From NCBI GenBank assembly GCA_963748815.1, contig CAVVKJ010000010.1, forward strand, positions 608,001 through 672,000: DNA of 64,000 nt. The letters run 5' to 3'. Positions 10,501 to 19,017 of the stretch are shown here, piece after piece; position 1 is the stretch's first letter; each line of letters starts with the position of its first letter. The notes beneath the pieces are model-generated. The model was given only the letters and a program-made list of their open reading frames with translations. It searched no databases and was not told where the DNA came from. This stretch comes from an uncultured Gemmatimonadales bacterium (GTDB lineage: Bacteria; Gemmatimonadota; Gemmatimonadetes; Gemmatimonadales; GWC2-71-9). The translations under genes were made by a program, and so were the position numbers.

Positions 10501-10543
10501 GCTGCATCCAGAACTGCCGTAGTGGCCGCATCGAGTTCCTCAT
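7505..10543 (-). CDS. Large secreted glycoside-hydrolase-like protein (DUF6067/GH123-like)
   Basis: About 1000 aa with signal peptide; NVHHATAINPFINYPF, KIYYTVREL and IDGLYIDD motifs; ATGA overlap at 10543. Confidence 0.7.
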   Translation of the reverse strand: MRNSMRPLRQFWMQPSLVALAVMVVTAHPAAAQSAPYRIGQWTADSFGNHRAVVAVSGAAPAVWAHLPWRRPDAHPVQKDIWVVDAQSGQRVMNVLRGSIDREAGDIAFEPTSGPGEYYVYYLRYTGTVTSSYPKLTYPGPDSTASSTWLGLFDPGAITRLPQARLVAFEAADTLDSFYPMQVIATATETAQLLARSPGSPFLVFPEERTHPIVMPADLPQRWVNRTGPPSISGSAARGEFYALQLGIWAARQPMSDVRVTFTQLSGTAGSIPAAALRCFNQGGVDWQGRDFTTQVDVPLGRIEPLWCGVQVPRDARPGDYRGTATVSAAGLPAVPVAVTISVGPDTIRNAGADEPWRLARLAWLDSRLEEDHGLVPPYTPVSRRGDTLGVLGRKLVIGRNGLPTSIRSFFTVEMTSIGESSREVLAGPVQLTAVGADGRDLAWTPTGTRVVEHDTGVIVWESSAAASALRMSVTGSLAFDGNAEFAVALTADTALALQDIRLEIPLRPEAARYLMGLGYKGGARPDSLDWVWEVTHNQDGAWLGDVNAGVQFSLKDDQYSRPLNTNFYLSKPLVMPASWANAGRGGCRLRARRELYSVVCYSGARTMAAGEVQHYDFRLLLTPFHPLETGAQWATRYFHSYVPLDSIAKMGANTVNVHHATAINPFINYPFLRPDAMKAYVDSAHAMGMRVKIYYTVRELTNHAPEMPALRSLGTEVIAPGPGGGASWLQEHLDGNYIGGWYVPRIRDAAVVNTGISRWHNFYVEGLDWLVENIGIDGLYIDDVAFDRSIMVRVRKALTRGRPAPLIDLHSANQYNPRDGFASSANLYLEHFPFIDRLWFGEYFDYDSSPAYWLVEMSGIPFGLMGEMLEGGGNPWRGMLFGMTNRLPWSGDPRELWKFWDTYEIQRTRMIGWWVPGSPVRTGRPDVLATVYQGEGRSIVAVASWAPDTARVRLAVDWTRLGLDPASARIVAPELPGYQSAASFGPYDPIPVAPGRGWLLIFEAAPATPGS

Positions 10544-11427
10544 CCGCAAATGGCCGCCCGGGTGGACCACCGCGCACGGAAGGCCCCGCTCACGGTGTCG
10601 CTGGCGAAGTGAAGTTGGTAGGAGCCCAGGAGGGCGCCGTCCGGATCGGTGGCCTCGAAGGCCACCCACCCCCGGTTGGTGGTTGCGCATTCGCCGCCGG
10701 AGAGGCAGCGAACCGAGATCCCCGAGCCCGCCTCCATGCGACCCAGTTCAATCCGGCGGGCCGAGAGCCGTGACCCGGGCTCGTAGATGATCAGTTGCAG
10801 GTAGGGAAGCGGAGGGGGAAGTCGCTCGTCCGGGGAATCCGACAGGAAGATCGACGTGGCGGAACCGTCCCAGGGGGCACAGTCCGCCACGGCGACCCCT
10901 GGTGACGGAGGACCGGCGACGCCGGGCTGCGCATCCAGTGGGTTCCGCCGGACAATCGACGCGTTGAGAACGCCGGCAAACGAGACCCAGGCGAGATAGG
11001 GAACCAGGAGCCACCCGGCCACCGGCCGAACCCGGCCGAAGGCGATGACGGTCCCGAGGATGACGACCCACAGGACCACGAGATCAGCCAGCGCGAGGTC
11101 CGGCCGATGCCAGTGAAAGAAGAGCCAGGACCAGAGGGCGTTTAAAGCGAGCTGCAGGCCGAAAAGGAAGAACCCGACCCTGCCAGACCGGGTTCGGCGG
11201 CCTTCCCACGCGGTGGCAGCGGCAACTCCCATGAGGACATACAGAGTTGTCCACACTGGCCCGAAGACCCAGGAGGGGGGATTCCATGTCGGCTTGTTCA
11301 GGGAGGCATACCACTCACCCGGCGCCGCAGCCAGGCCGCCAACGGCGCCGGCGAGCAGCGCAATCACCACCCAGACCAGCAAAGTAACCGGTCTTCTGCG
11401 AGGTAAACCTCCCGCCGATTCATCCAT
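10540..11427 (-). CDS. tspO: TspO/MBR family protein with C-terminal extension
   Basis: WYASLNKPTWNPPSWVFGPVWTTLY, QLALNALWSWLFF and LVPYLAWVSFA motifs. Confidence 0.85.
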   Translation of the reverse strand: MDESAGGLPRRRPVTLLVWVVIALLAGAVGGLAAAPGEWYASLNKPTWNPPSWVFGPVWTTLYVLMGVAAATAWEGRRTRSGRVGFFLFGLQLALNALWSWLFFHWHRPDLALADLVVLWVVILGTVIAFGRVRPVAGWLLVPYLAWVSFAGVLNASIVRRNPLDAQPGVAGPPSPGVAVADCAPWDGSATSIFLSDSPDERLPPPLPYLQLIIYEPGSRLSARRIELGRMEAGSGISVRCLSGGECATTNRGWVAFEATDPDGALLGSYQLHFASDTVSGAFRARWSTRAAICG

Positions 11428-11602
11428 GTATACAAAGACTCCAATACTTTAGAAATAAGATACTTAGCGTATGCCACATGAAGTGATTTATCACTATCAC
11501 ACCCGGCGCGGTGCCCCTCGAGAACGCCCACTTGTCACGCCCGCAGCGGTTTCCCCGGCTCGCGCGTAATAAGCAGGTCACTCACCCGATCACGGAGGCA
11601 CC

Positions 11603-12025
11603 ATGCGGTTCAGAAGCATCGCTTCGGCAGCAGTCCTGGCTCTCGGACTCGCCGCCGCCCCCACCCTCTCAGCCCAGAATCCCACCCCCCCACCCTCGGG
11701 CGGACAGGGACAGCGCGGCAGCGGCCGGATGCAGGCCATGGCGCTCCAGGGCATCACCCTGACCGCCGCCCAGCAGGCGAAGGTCGACTCCATCACCGCC
11801 AAGACCCGCGCCCAGATGCCTGCGATGACCCCCGGCACCCCGCCCAGCGACGCCGACCGCCAGAAGATGATGACCCTGTCCCAGGCCTCGATCAAGGAAG
11901 TCCGCGGGGTCCTGACGCCCGACCAGCAGGCGATCTATGACAAGAACGTCGCCCAGATGCAGCAGATGATGCAGCAGCGGATGCAGGGTGGTCCGCCGCC
12001 CGCGGCGCCGGCCAATCCTGAATAA
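11603..12025 (+). CDS. Spy/CpxP-like periplasmic protein
   Basis: Signal peptide; two LTxxQ motifs (LTAAQQ, LTPDQQ); RBS GGAGG. Confidence 0.7.
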   Translation: MRFRSIASAAVLALGLAAAPTLSAQNPTPPPSGGQGQRGSGRMQAMALQGITLTAAQQAKVDSITAKTRAQMPAMTPGTPPSDADRQKMMTLSQASIKEVRGVLTPDQQAIYDKNVAQMQQMMQQRMQGGPPPAAPANPE

Positions 12026-12031
12026 CCTGGG

Positions 12032-12265
12032 CTAGTCGCCCGGCTTCATCCGGAACTGAAGCGCCCCGGACGGGCAGCGGCGGACCTGTTCCGCCACTCG
12101 CTCGGCCGGGGCGTTTTCCGGGCGAATCCAGCGCTTCAACTTCACGTCGAAGACGGCAGGCAGTCCGCGCACGCAATCCCCCGCATGAATACAGACATTC
12201 GGATCGAACGTGACGACGATGTCGTCGCTCTCGTACGATTGCAGCCGCTTCGGCATCCCGCTCAC
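12032..12265 (-). CDS. YjdI-like divergent 4Fe-4S mono-cluster protein
   Basis: [24 protein letters not shown] motif. Confidence 0.8.
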   Translation of the reverse strand: MSGMPKRLQSYESDDIVVTFDPNVCIHAGDCVRGLPAVFDVKLKRWIRPENAPAERVAEQVRRCPSGALQFRMKPGD

Positions 12266-12930
12266 CTCCAGGTGGTTACGTCCGCCAGGGACTTGCGCAC
12301 TATGTCGGGCACCCTGGCGTCCGCCGCGGGAAACCCGACGACTAGCAGCAGCATCGCCTTCTCGCGTGCCGGTCGCCCGAGCAGCTCGTTCAGGAAGCCC
12401 ATCGGGCTCGGCGTATGGGTGAGGGTGACGAGCCCCGCGTGATGCAGGGCCGCGATGAGGATGCCCATCGCGATCCCCACCGACTCCTGCACATAGTAGT
12501 GCGTGACCCGGGTGCCGTCGGGCCTGACCCCGTACCGCTCGGCGAAGACGGCGATCAGCGCCGGGGCCACGTCAAGGTAGGCCTTGTGCTCGTCGGTCCC
12601 GAGCGGCGCCAGCGCCTCGAGCCACTCGGCCGGGGCCGTGGCGTAAAACTCCCGTTCTTCCCGCTCCGCCGCCTCCCGAATCCGGTGCCGCAGCGCGGGC
12701 TCCCGCACCACGACAAAATGCCAGGGCTGAATGTTGGCGCCGCTTGGCGCGGTGGCCGCCGCGCGCAGGCAATCCTCGAGCACGCCGTGGGGAATGGGCC
12801 GGTCGCTGAACTGACGGACGGTGCGGCGGCGCGCGAGCTCCTCCGCGAATTCCCGTCCCCGCGCCTGCATTTCCTGCGGCTCCAGCGGGCGCCAGGTGGT
12901 CAACGGCACAAATCGCGGTTCGGAACCCAC
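12262..12930 (-). CDS. Nitroreductase family, iodotyrosine-deiodinase-like
   Basis: [27 protein letters not shown] and LTHTPSPM motifs. Confidence 0.8.
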   Translation of the reverse strand: MGSEPRFVPLTTWRPLEPQEMQARGREFAEELARRRTVRQFSDRPIPHGVLEDCLRAAATAPSGANIQPWHFVVVREPALRHRIREAAEREEREFYATAPAEWLEALAPLGTDEHKAYLDVAPALIAVFAERYGVRPDGTRVTHYYVQESVGIAMGILIAALHHAGLVTLTHTPSPMGFLNELLGRPAREKAMLLLVVGFPAADARVPDIVRKSLADVTTWR

Positions 12931-13301
12931 TAGGCGGTCTCCGCCTTGAACGCAGGATTTTCGATCACCCCGAGGATGTTTCCGAAGGGGTCGCGCACGG
13001 CACCGATTCGCACCCCGTGGTCCTCGACCGCCTCGAATGCCGTCGCCCCCAGCTCGATCAGGCGCGCCCAGGCGCCGTCCGCGTTGGTCACTCCCCAGTA
13101 GGCGATGCCCGCCGGCGGCCGGACCAGTTCGGCTCCCTCCTCGGGGATCAGGCCAAGCTCGTAGCCCCCGACGTCGAATCCGACGTAGTACGGCTCGTCA
13201 AAGTAGGGGCCGTGGCCGAGGACTTCCCCGTACCAGGCTTTGGCGGCCGCAAGATCAGACACGGAGTAGATCGCGGTCCGGAGTCCAAGAAAGTGCTTCA
13301 T
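12930..13301 (-). CDS. VOC/glyoxalase family protein
   Basis: [29 protein letters not shown] and DPFGN motifs. Confidence 0.85.
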   Translation of the reverse strand: MKHFLGLRTAIYSVSDLAAAKAWYGEVLGHGPYFDEPYYVGFDVGGYELGLIPEEGAELVRPPAGIAYWGVTNADGAWARLIELGATAFEAVEDHGVRIGAVRDPFGNILGVIENPAFKAETA

Positions 13302-13343
13302 CGGTCGTGCCCCCCTGCCGAACGCCCGCCGGCGGGGCGCGGC

Positions 13344-14063
13344 TCAGTGATCGATGCCGAACATGGCGAGGTACTGGCGCACCTCGCCCAGGACGAAGTT
13401 CTGCCGAGCCACCATGTCGCGAAGGGGAATCTCCGCCACCTGTTGCGTCGAATCGGTCGTCCAGAGGATGAGCGTCGTGTCCCGGAACAGATACTGTGAG
13501 ACCGGGCCCCGCACGACCGCCAGCCGCCCCTCGACGAAATAGTACTCCGTCTGGCCGTCCATCACACCGGCGTCGTTCGGTTCGGTGGCGGCCAGCTTGA
13601 GCGCGCGGCCACTGTCCGCCCAGAGGGTCAGGATGCGGGGCTTCCACCCGCGCTGCTCCGGCTGGAGCCGTCGGGTCTGGGGCTCGACGGTGGCGATGAG
13701 CGCATCGACGGAATCTGCGATGTCTCGTGCCCGATCGGGACTCGGCGCCGAGTCGGCCTCGGGGATCGACGCCTGGCTGGTGCAGGCGCTGACCAGCACC
13801 GTCCCGCTTCGGGTCAGCAACGCCTCGTTGCCCTCCAGGTGCACGCTGTAGCGCCCGTCGCCGTACCTGACCCCCGAGGCCACCCGCTCCGGATACAGCC
13901 GAACGACGCGGTTCGGGGGGAGGTGCAGTTCGCCGAATCGGGGACCCGTGGCCAACACGATCGAGTCCCCACCCGGGCAACGATAGGTGGTCGTGGGGAG
14001 GGGCGGCGAGCAGGCCGCAACGGACAGGAGGGCGGCGGCCAGCAAAAACCGGAGGGGCGACAG
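13344..14063 (-). CDS. Lipoprotein with MliC-like domain plus unknown C-terminal domain; start approximate
   Basis: Lipobox VAAC; YRC..ASGVRY..EGNEALL..C matches the MliC pattern. Confidence 0.6.
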   Translation of the reverse strand: MSPLRFLLAAALLSVAACSPPLPTTTYRCPGGDSIVLATGPRFGELHLPPNRVVRLYPERVASGVRYGDGRYSVHLEGNEALLTRSGTVLVSACTSQASIPEADSAPSPDRARDIADSVDALIATVEPQTRRLQPEQRGWKPRILTLWADSGRALKLAATEPNDAGVMDGQTEYYFVEGRLAVVRGPVSQYLFRDTTLILWTTDSTQQVAEIPLRDMVARQNFVLGEVRQYLAMFGIDH

Positions 14064-14159
14064 AGGTCCTCCAGTGTGCGAAGCGGGTGGGAGGCCGGAT
14101 ACCTTTCGGAAGATCACGCCCCGCAGGCGGGGCGGCAAGGACTGAATTGGAGGCACGCC

Positions 14160-15509
14160 ATGCGCCGATCGCTCGCCCTGATACTGCTCCTGGGCATCGC
14201 TGCCGCCCCCCTCGCGGCGCAGACACCCGAGCCGGGGGCGGCCGTCCGGATTCGGGGCATCATCGAGTCGGTGTCGGCCGCCCGGCTGGAATCCACGGTC
14301 CGGACGCTCGTCGGTTTCGGGACCCGCCATACGCTGAGCGACACCCTCTCCCCCACGCGAGGCATCGGGGCCGCCCGGCGCTGGGTCCGCGCCGAGTTCG
14401 AGCGCATCTCCCTCGATTGCGGCGGGTGCCTCGAGGTGCTGGATGTCTCGGAAATCTACGCGGGCCTTCCCCGGGTCCCGGGGCCAACCAACGTCGTCAA
14501 CATCATCGCCATCCAGCGAGGCACGTCGGACCCCGATCGCTATGTGCTCCTCAGCGGCGACATCGACAGCCGGGTGTCCGACATCATGAACGCCGTGGAC
14601 TCCAGCCCCGGCGCCAACGACAACGCGACCGGCGTGGCCGCCGTGCTGGAATCGGCCCGGGTGCTTTCCGCGCACCAGTTTCGCGGCTCAATCGTCTACG
14701 CCGCCCTTTCGGGGGAGGAGAACGGCCTCCTGGGCGGGCAGACCCTCGCCGCGCTGGCCGTCGAACGCGGGTGGCGGCTGACGGCGGTCCTCAACAACGA
14801 CATGATCGGCAACGTCCACGGTGTCGACGGCGTCCACGACACCACCACGGTGCGGGTCTTCTCGGAGGGCACCTCCCCGACGGAAAGCGACTCTGCCCGC
14901 CGCGCGCGCCGATACACCGGCGGCGAGGTGGACGGCGCCTCGCGCCAGCTGGCGCGCTACATCAAGGACGTCGGCGACGGGTACCTCCCTTCCCTCGACG
15001 TCTGGTTGATCTACCGGCTGGATCGATTCGGCCGCGGTGGACATCACCGGCCCTTCGCCGACCTCGGCTTTCCGGCGGTCCGCGTGATGGAGGCGCATGA
15101 GAACTATGCGCGTCAGCACCAGGATATCCGCATGGAAGGGGGCGTGGCCTACGGGGACGTGATCGAGGAGATCGACTTCCACTACGCGCGCAAGGTGACG
15201 GCGCTGGACGCGGCCGTTCTGGCGTCCCTCTCGTGGGCGCCGGCCGCGCCGCAGGGGGTCCGCCTTCGCGGGGCGGTCCAGCCGGCGGCCACCCTCAGCT
15301 GGTCGCCTCCCGCGGACTCCGGCTCCGTGGCGGGGTACCGTGTCTACTGGCGGCGGACGGACGCGCCCACCTGGGACCACTGGAAGGACGTCGGAACGAC
15401 GACCAGCTACCGCTTCGATGGTCTGGTCGTGGACAACTGGTTCTTCGGCGTGGCGAGCGTGAGCTCCGACGGGTTCACCAGTGTCGTGGCCGTCTCCGGT
15501 TCGGAGTGA
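14160..15509 (+). CDS. M28 family aminopeptidase with C-terminal FN3-like domain
   Basis: PGANDNATG, SGEENGLLG, LNNDMIG, RGGHHRPF motifs; signal peptide; RBS GGAGG. Confidence 0.85.
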   Translation: MRRSLALILLLGIAAAPLAAQTPEPGAAVRIRGIIESVSAARLESTVRTLVGFGTRHTLSDTLSPTRGIGAARRWVRAEFERISLDCGGCLEVLDVSEIYAGLPRVPGPTNVVNIIAIQRGTSDPDRYVLLSGDIDSRVSDIMNAVDSSPGANDNATGVAAVLESARVLSAHQFRGSIVYAALSGEENGLLGGQTLAALAVERGWRLTAVLNNDMIGNVHGVDGVHDTTTVRVFSEGTSPTESDSARRARRYTGGEVDGASRQLARYIKDVGDGYLPSLDVWLIYRLDRFGRGGHHRPFADLGFPAVRVMEAHENYARQHQDIRMEGGVAYGDVIEEIDFHYARKVTALDAAVLASLSWAPAAPQGVRLRGAVQPAATLSWSPPADSGSVAGYRVYWRRTDAPTWDHWKDVGTTTSYRFDGLVVDNWFFGVASVSSDGFTSVVAVSGSE

Positions 15510-15521
15510 GCCTGCCGCCCG

Positions 15522-15968
15522 TCAATCCTCCGGGTACGCGGCGTCGAGGATCACGTCGATCTGTCCGACGCTCTCGTCGAGGCTGAAGGTGACCGTCCAC
15601 TGCCCCGGCGTGCCGTTCAGCGTGCGGTCGTCCAGTTCGTAGAGGAGCTTCCCGTTGTACACCTCGGCGCCGTCGGCGTCGGAAATGATCAGCAGGGTGG
15701 TCCCGTGGGGCATGAAGCTCAGGTGCTGAATGGCGGCGTAGGTGCCCGGGTTGTGCCACGCGTACGTCAGCGTGGTGGTGACGTTCTGGATGTTATCGGC
15801 AGTCAGCTCGAAGTGGCCGACGAGGTTGGTCACCGTGACGTGGTTGTCGGGTCCCAGGGTCTCGGACGGGTTGCTGCACCCGGACGTTGCGGCCAGGGCG
15901 AGGGCCGAGGCGACGAGGACACGCCACTGTCTGGTCATGATGCGGCTCCTGCGCAAGATCGGGATCAT
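15522..15968 (-). CDS. Hypothetical lipoprotein
   Basis: Hydrophobic leader ending TSGC; ATGA overlap with upstream gene. Confidence 0.6.
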   Translation of the reverse strand: MIPILRRSRIMTRQWRVLVASALALAATSGCSNPSETLGPDNHVTVTNLVGHFELTADNIQNVTTTLTYAWHNPGTYAAIQHLSFMPHGTTLLIISDADGAEVYNGKLLYELDDRTLNGTPGQWTVTFSLDESVGQIDVILDAAYPED

Positions 15969-17458
15969 TGCGGCACCGAGGGCAGCGCGGTGCTGACGAA
16001 GGCACGGAGGAAGCCGGCGTCCTGGGCGACGTCGGGCTGGTTGTTGTAGTCGCTGGTGCGCGAATACCGGGTGACGCTGGCGCCGAGGCCGAGGCGCTTC
16101 GTCAGCCAGTAGCGCGCCTCGAAACTCAGTGCATCCTGAAAGTGGGCCGACTTCGATCCGTCAATCGTGTGAATCCAGAGGCCGAGATAGGACAGGCTGG
16201 CCTGCAGGTGGCGCTTGTAGAACAGGTTGCCGCTGAGGAGCGCGCCGAGCCCGGGTCCGTAGTCGTAGTTGCGGCCCTCGAGTGTCGTGTAGTAGTCGGA
16301 CTGGGTCGCGCCGATGATGATCCCGTCGAACATGACGTTGGTCTGCGCCCACCAGTCCGTCCCCTCCTCGCCGAAGGTCGAGACCACTCCCGCCAGCACG
16401 CTCTGCCCGCCGTACTCGACGGCGGGGTTGGCGAAATAATCGTACTCCATCATGAGCGAAAACTGGTGACGGCCCGACGACCCGAGGGGCCAGGCCGCGA
16501 TGCTGCCGCGCGCCGAGAGCCGGTTGAGCACCCGGCCGCTGTCGGGCGGCGGGCCCGCGATCTCGGCCGCCAGCGCGAAATACGAGAACGGCTTCTTCGC
16601 CAGGTCCTTCACGGGATCCCCGTAGGCCAGCTTGAGGCCGACGTCCCACTGGTCGAGACCTGACTCGACGCTGTCGACCGAGAACTCGTTCACCGTCCGC
16701 CGGTAGCCCAGGTCGAGCACGCCGAAGATCCGGCTGGGGCGCCAGTCGGCGGGGTTGGCGGCCACCCGACCGGACTCGCCCCGGACCAGCCGGTTGAAGC
16801 CCCCCAGCGGATTGAGGAAGAAGCCACCGATTTCGCGCCAGACCCGCTCGCTGCCGGTGGCGGTGTTGTCGAGCGTCAGATTGGAGAGGCGAAAGAAGGT
16901 CTCGCCGAGCACGATGCCGCCGAAACTGGTATTGAGCAGGTCGTTCGGCGCCGGCGCCCAGGCCTCACCAGCGATTTCCCACATCGCGCTCCCCACGAAC
17001 GGCCAGGCGAACGACTCCCAGAAGCTGTACCCGTTGCTGCGCGCGGCGTTGAAATAGAAGTTGCCGTGGTAGGGGTGCGCGAACTGGTTGTTCATGAACT
17101 GGTTGTCGTCCCATTGCCAGGGATACACCAGGTTGTTCTTGATGCTTTGCGCGGAGACCTCGGCCCAGACCTCACCCCGCAGCCCCGAATTGATTCCGTG
17201 CGGGATCACCTGCACCAGCATCAGTTCGCCGAACGCCGCCCAGAACCGCTTGGGCGGGTTGCAGTCAGGGCACGGCAGCGTGTCTCGCGCGGGCGCGGCG
17301 GCGGAATCGGCCGGGTAGAGCCAAGTTGGCAAGGTGGAACGCGGCACCGCCTGCTGGGCCGCGACGGCAAGGCTGGACGCGGGGCGTGGCCCCTGCCCGA
17401 AGGCGGCGCCGGCGCCGAGCAACAGTAATCCCGTGGCAAGTCCGAGGGTCCGTCTCAT
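15965..17458 (-). CDS. DUF3943 domain outer-membrane protein, paralogue 1
   Basis: WQWDDNQFMNNQFAHPYHG..ARSNG..WE..PAPND motif; beta-strand-rich C-terminus. Confidence 0.8.
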   Translation of the reverse strand: MRRTLGLATGLLLLGAGAAFGQGPRPASSLAVAAQQAVPRSTLPTWLYPADSAAAPARDTLPCPDCNPPKRFWAAFGELMLVQVIPHGINSGLRGEVWAEVSAQSIKNNLVYPWQWDDNQFMNNQFAHPYHGNFYFNAARSNGYSFWESFAWPFVGSAMWEIAGEAWAPAPNDLLNTSFGGIVLGETFFRLSNLTLDNTATGSERVWREIGGFFLNPLGGFNRLVRGESGRVAANPADWRPSRIFGVLDLGYRRTVNEFSVDSVESGLDQWDVGLKLAYGDPVKDLAKKPFSYFALAAEIAGPPPDSGRVLNRLSARGSIAAWPLGSSGRHQFSLMMEYDYFANPAVEYGGQSVLAGVVSTFGEEGTDWWAQTNVMFDGIIIGATQSDYYTTLEGRNYDYGPGLGALLSGNLFYKRHLQASLSYLGLWIHTIDGSKSAHFQDALSFEARYWLTKRLGLGASVTRYSRTSDYNNQPDVAQDAGFLRAFVSTALPSVPQ

Positions 17459-17498
17459 CCGATCCCGCCGCAGGTAAAGGTACACAACCGCGCGCCGC

Positions 17499-18962
17499 TC
17501 ACCGCGGCAGCCCCGGGAAGGCGGCGCTCGCGAAGGCGCGGATGAAATCGGCCGATTCGACCACATTGTCGAGGCCGGCGTAATCGCTTCGCCGATTATA
17601 ATTCGCATAACTGACGCCGAGCCCGAGCGACCGGGTGAACCAGTACCGGCCTTCGGCGAGCAGCGCGTCCTGGTAGTGCGACGATTCGACGCCGTCGATC
17701 GTGTGAATCCAGAGCCCCGTATAGGCCGCCGAGACCATGACCCGGCTCTTGTAGAGGAACCGCGCGCTCAGGATCGTCCCGAGGCCGGGGCCGTAGTCGT
17801 AGTTGCGGCCTTCGATGGCCGTGTAGTAGTCCGACTGCGTCGCACCGAGCAGCACACCATTGAAGAGGAAGTTCAACTGCCCCCACCAGGTCGTGCCGGG
17901 CGCCCCGAGCGTGGAGACCAGTCCGGCCTGCACGCTTTGCCCACCGTAGACGAAGGCCGGATTGTTAAAATAGTCATACTCGAGGAGCAGGGCGACCTGG
18001 TGCTTGCCGCTTTGTCCCAGCGCCCACGCGGCGAGGTTTCCGCGGGCGCTGACCTGGCTGATGACCCCGCTCTCGTTCGGGCCAGCCAGGTCGGCACGCA
18101 GGGCAAAGTGGGAAAAGGGGGCGTGGTTGAGGTCAGTGACCGGGCTGCCGTACGACAGACTGAAGGTCGCGTTCCACTGGCTGACCGTCTCCTGCCCTTC
18201 CCCCTCGGCGCCCGCGTCGGTGGTTTGCCGGTAGCCGAGGTCCATCAGGCCGAACATCGCCTTGGGGCGCCAGTCCGGCGGATTGGCGCTGACCCGGCCC
18301 GTCTCACCACGCACCAGCCGGTTGAGTCCGCTGATCGGATCGAGAATCCCGCTCGCCACCTCGCGCCAGACGCGCGCCCCGCCGGTCGTGGTGTTGTCCA
18401 GGGGGAGCCGCGACAGTCGGTAGAGGGTCTCCCCGAGGATGACCCCGCCGACGCTCGTGGTCACGAAGTCGTTCGGCGCCGGGGCCCACGCCTCGAAAAA
18501 CAGCTCCCACATCAGGCTCCCGGCCACGGGCCAGAGGCTCGACTGCCAGAAGTTGTAGCCATTGGTGCGGGCCGAGTTGTAGTACAGGCTCCCGTGATAG
18601 GGATGCGCCCACTGGTTGTTGCTGAACATGTTGTCGTCCCACTGCCACGGATACACCAGGTTGTTCCGCCAGGTGGTCGGCGACACCCGCGCCCACACCT
18701 CCTGCCGATAGAGGTTGTTGATGCCATAGGGGAGCAGCTGGACGAACATCAGGTCGGCGACGCCGAACCAGAATCGCTTCGGCGGGTGGCATTCGGGGCA
18801 CGGGAGGGTATCGGCGGGCGTCACGGGGCGCGCCCCGGACCACTCGACCCCCGCCGGTGGAAGCGCGGGTAAGGTCGAGGGCGAGGCCGGACCCTGCGCC
18901 TCGGCGGGGCCGACGGCGACGACCAGCGCGAACGCCAGGGCACATCCCGCGTGGTTCTGCAT
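17499..18962 (-). CDS. DUF3943 domain outer-membrane protein, paralogue 2
   Basis: WQWDDNMFSNNQWAHPYHG motif; collinear with neighbours. Confidence 0.8.
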   Translation of the reverse strand: MQNHAGCALAFALVVAVGPAEAQGPASPSTLPALPPAGVEWSGARPVTPADTLPCPECHPPKRFWFGVADLMFVQLLPYGINNLYRQEVWARVSPTTWRNNLVYPWQWDDNMFSNNQWAHPYHGSLYYNSARTNGYNFWQSSLWPVAGSLMWELFFEAWAPAPNDFVTTSVGGVILGETLYRLSRLPLDNTTTGGARVWREVASGILDPISGLNRLVRGETGRVSANPPDWRPKAMFGLMDLGYRQTTDAGAEGEGQETVSQWNATFSLSYGSPVTDLNHAPFSHFALRADLAGPNESGVISQVSARGNLAAWALGQSGKHQVALLLEYDYFNNPAFVYGGQSVQAGLVSTLGAPGTTWWGQLNFLFNGVLLGATQSDYYTAIEGRNYDYGPGLGTILSARFLYKSRVMVSAAYTGLWIHTIDGVESSHYQDALLAEGRYWFTRSLGLGVSYANYNRRSDYAGLDNVVESADFIRAFASAAFPGLPR

Positions 18963-19017
18963 GGCGAACCGCCGTTCTGCGCGATGCTTCGTTGACCGAC
19001 GACCTGCGTCTCCCCGC

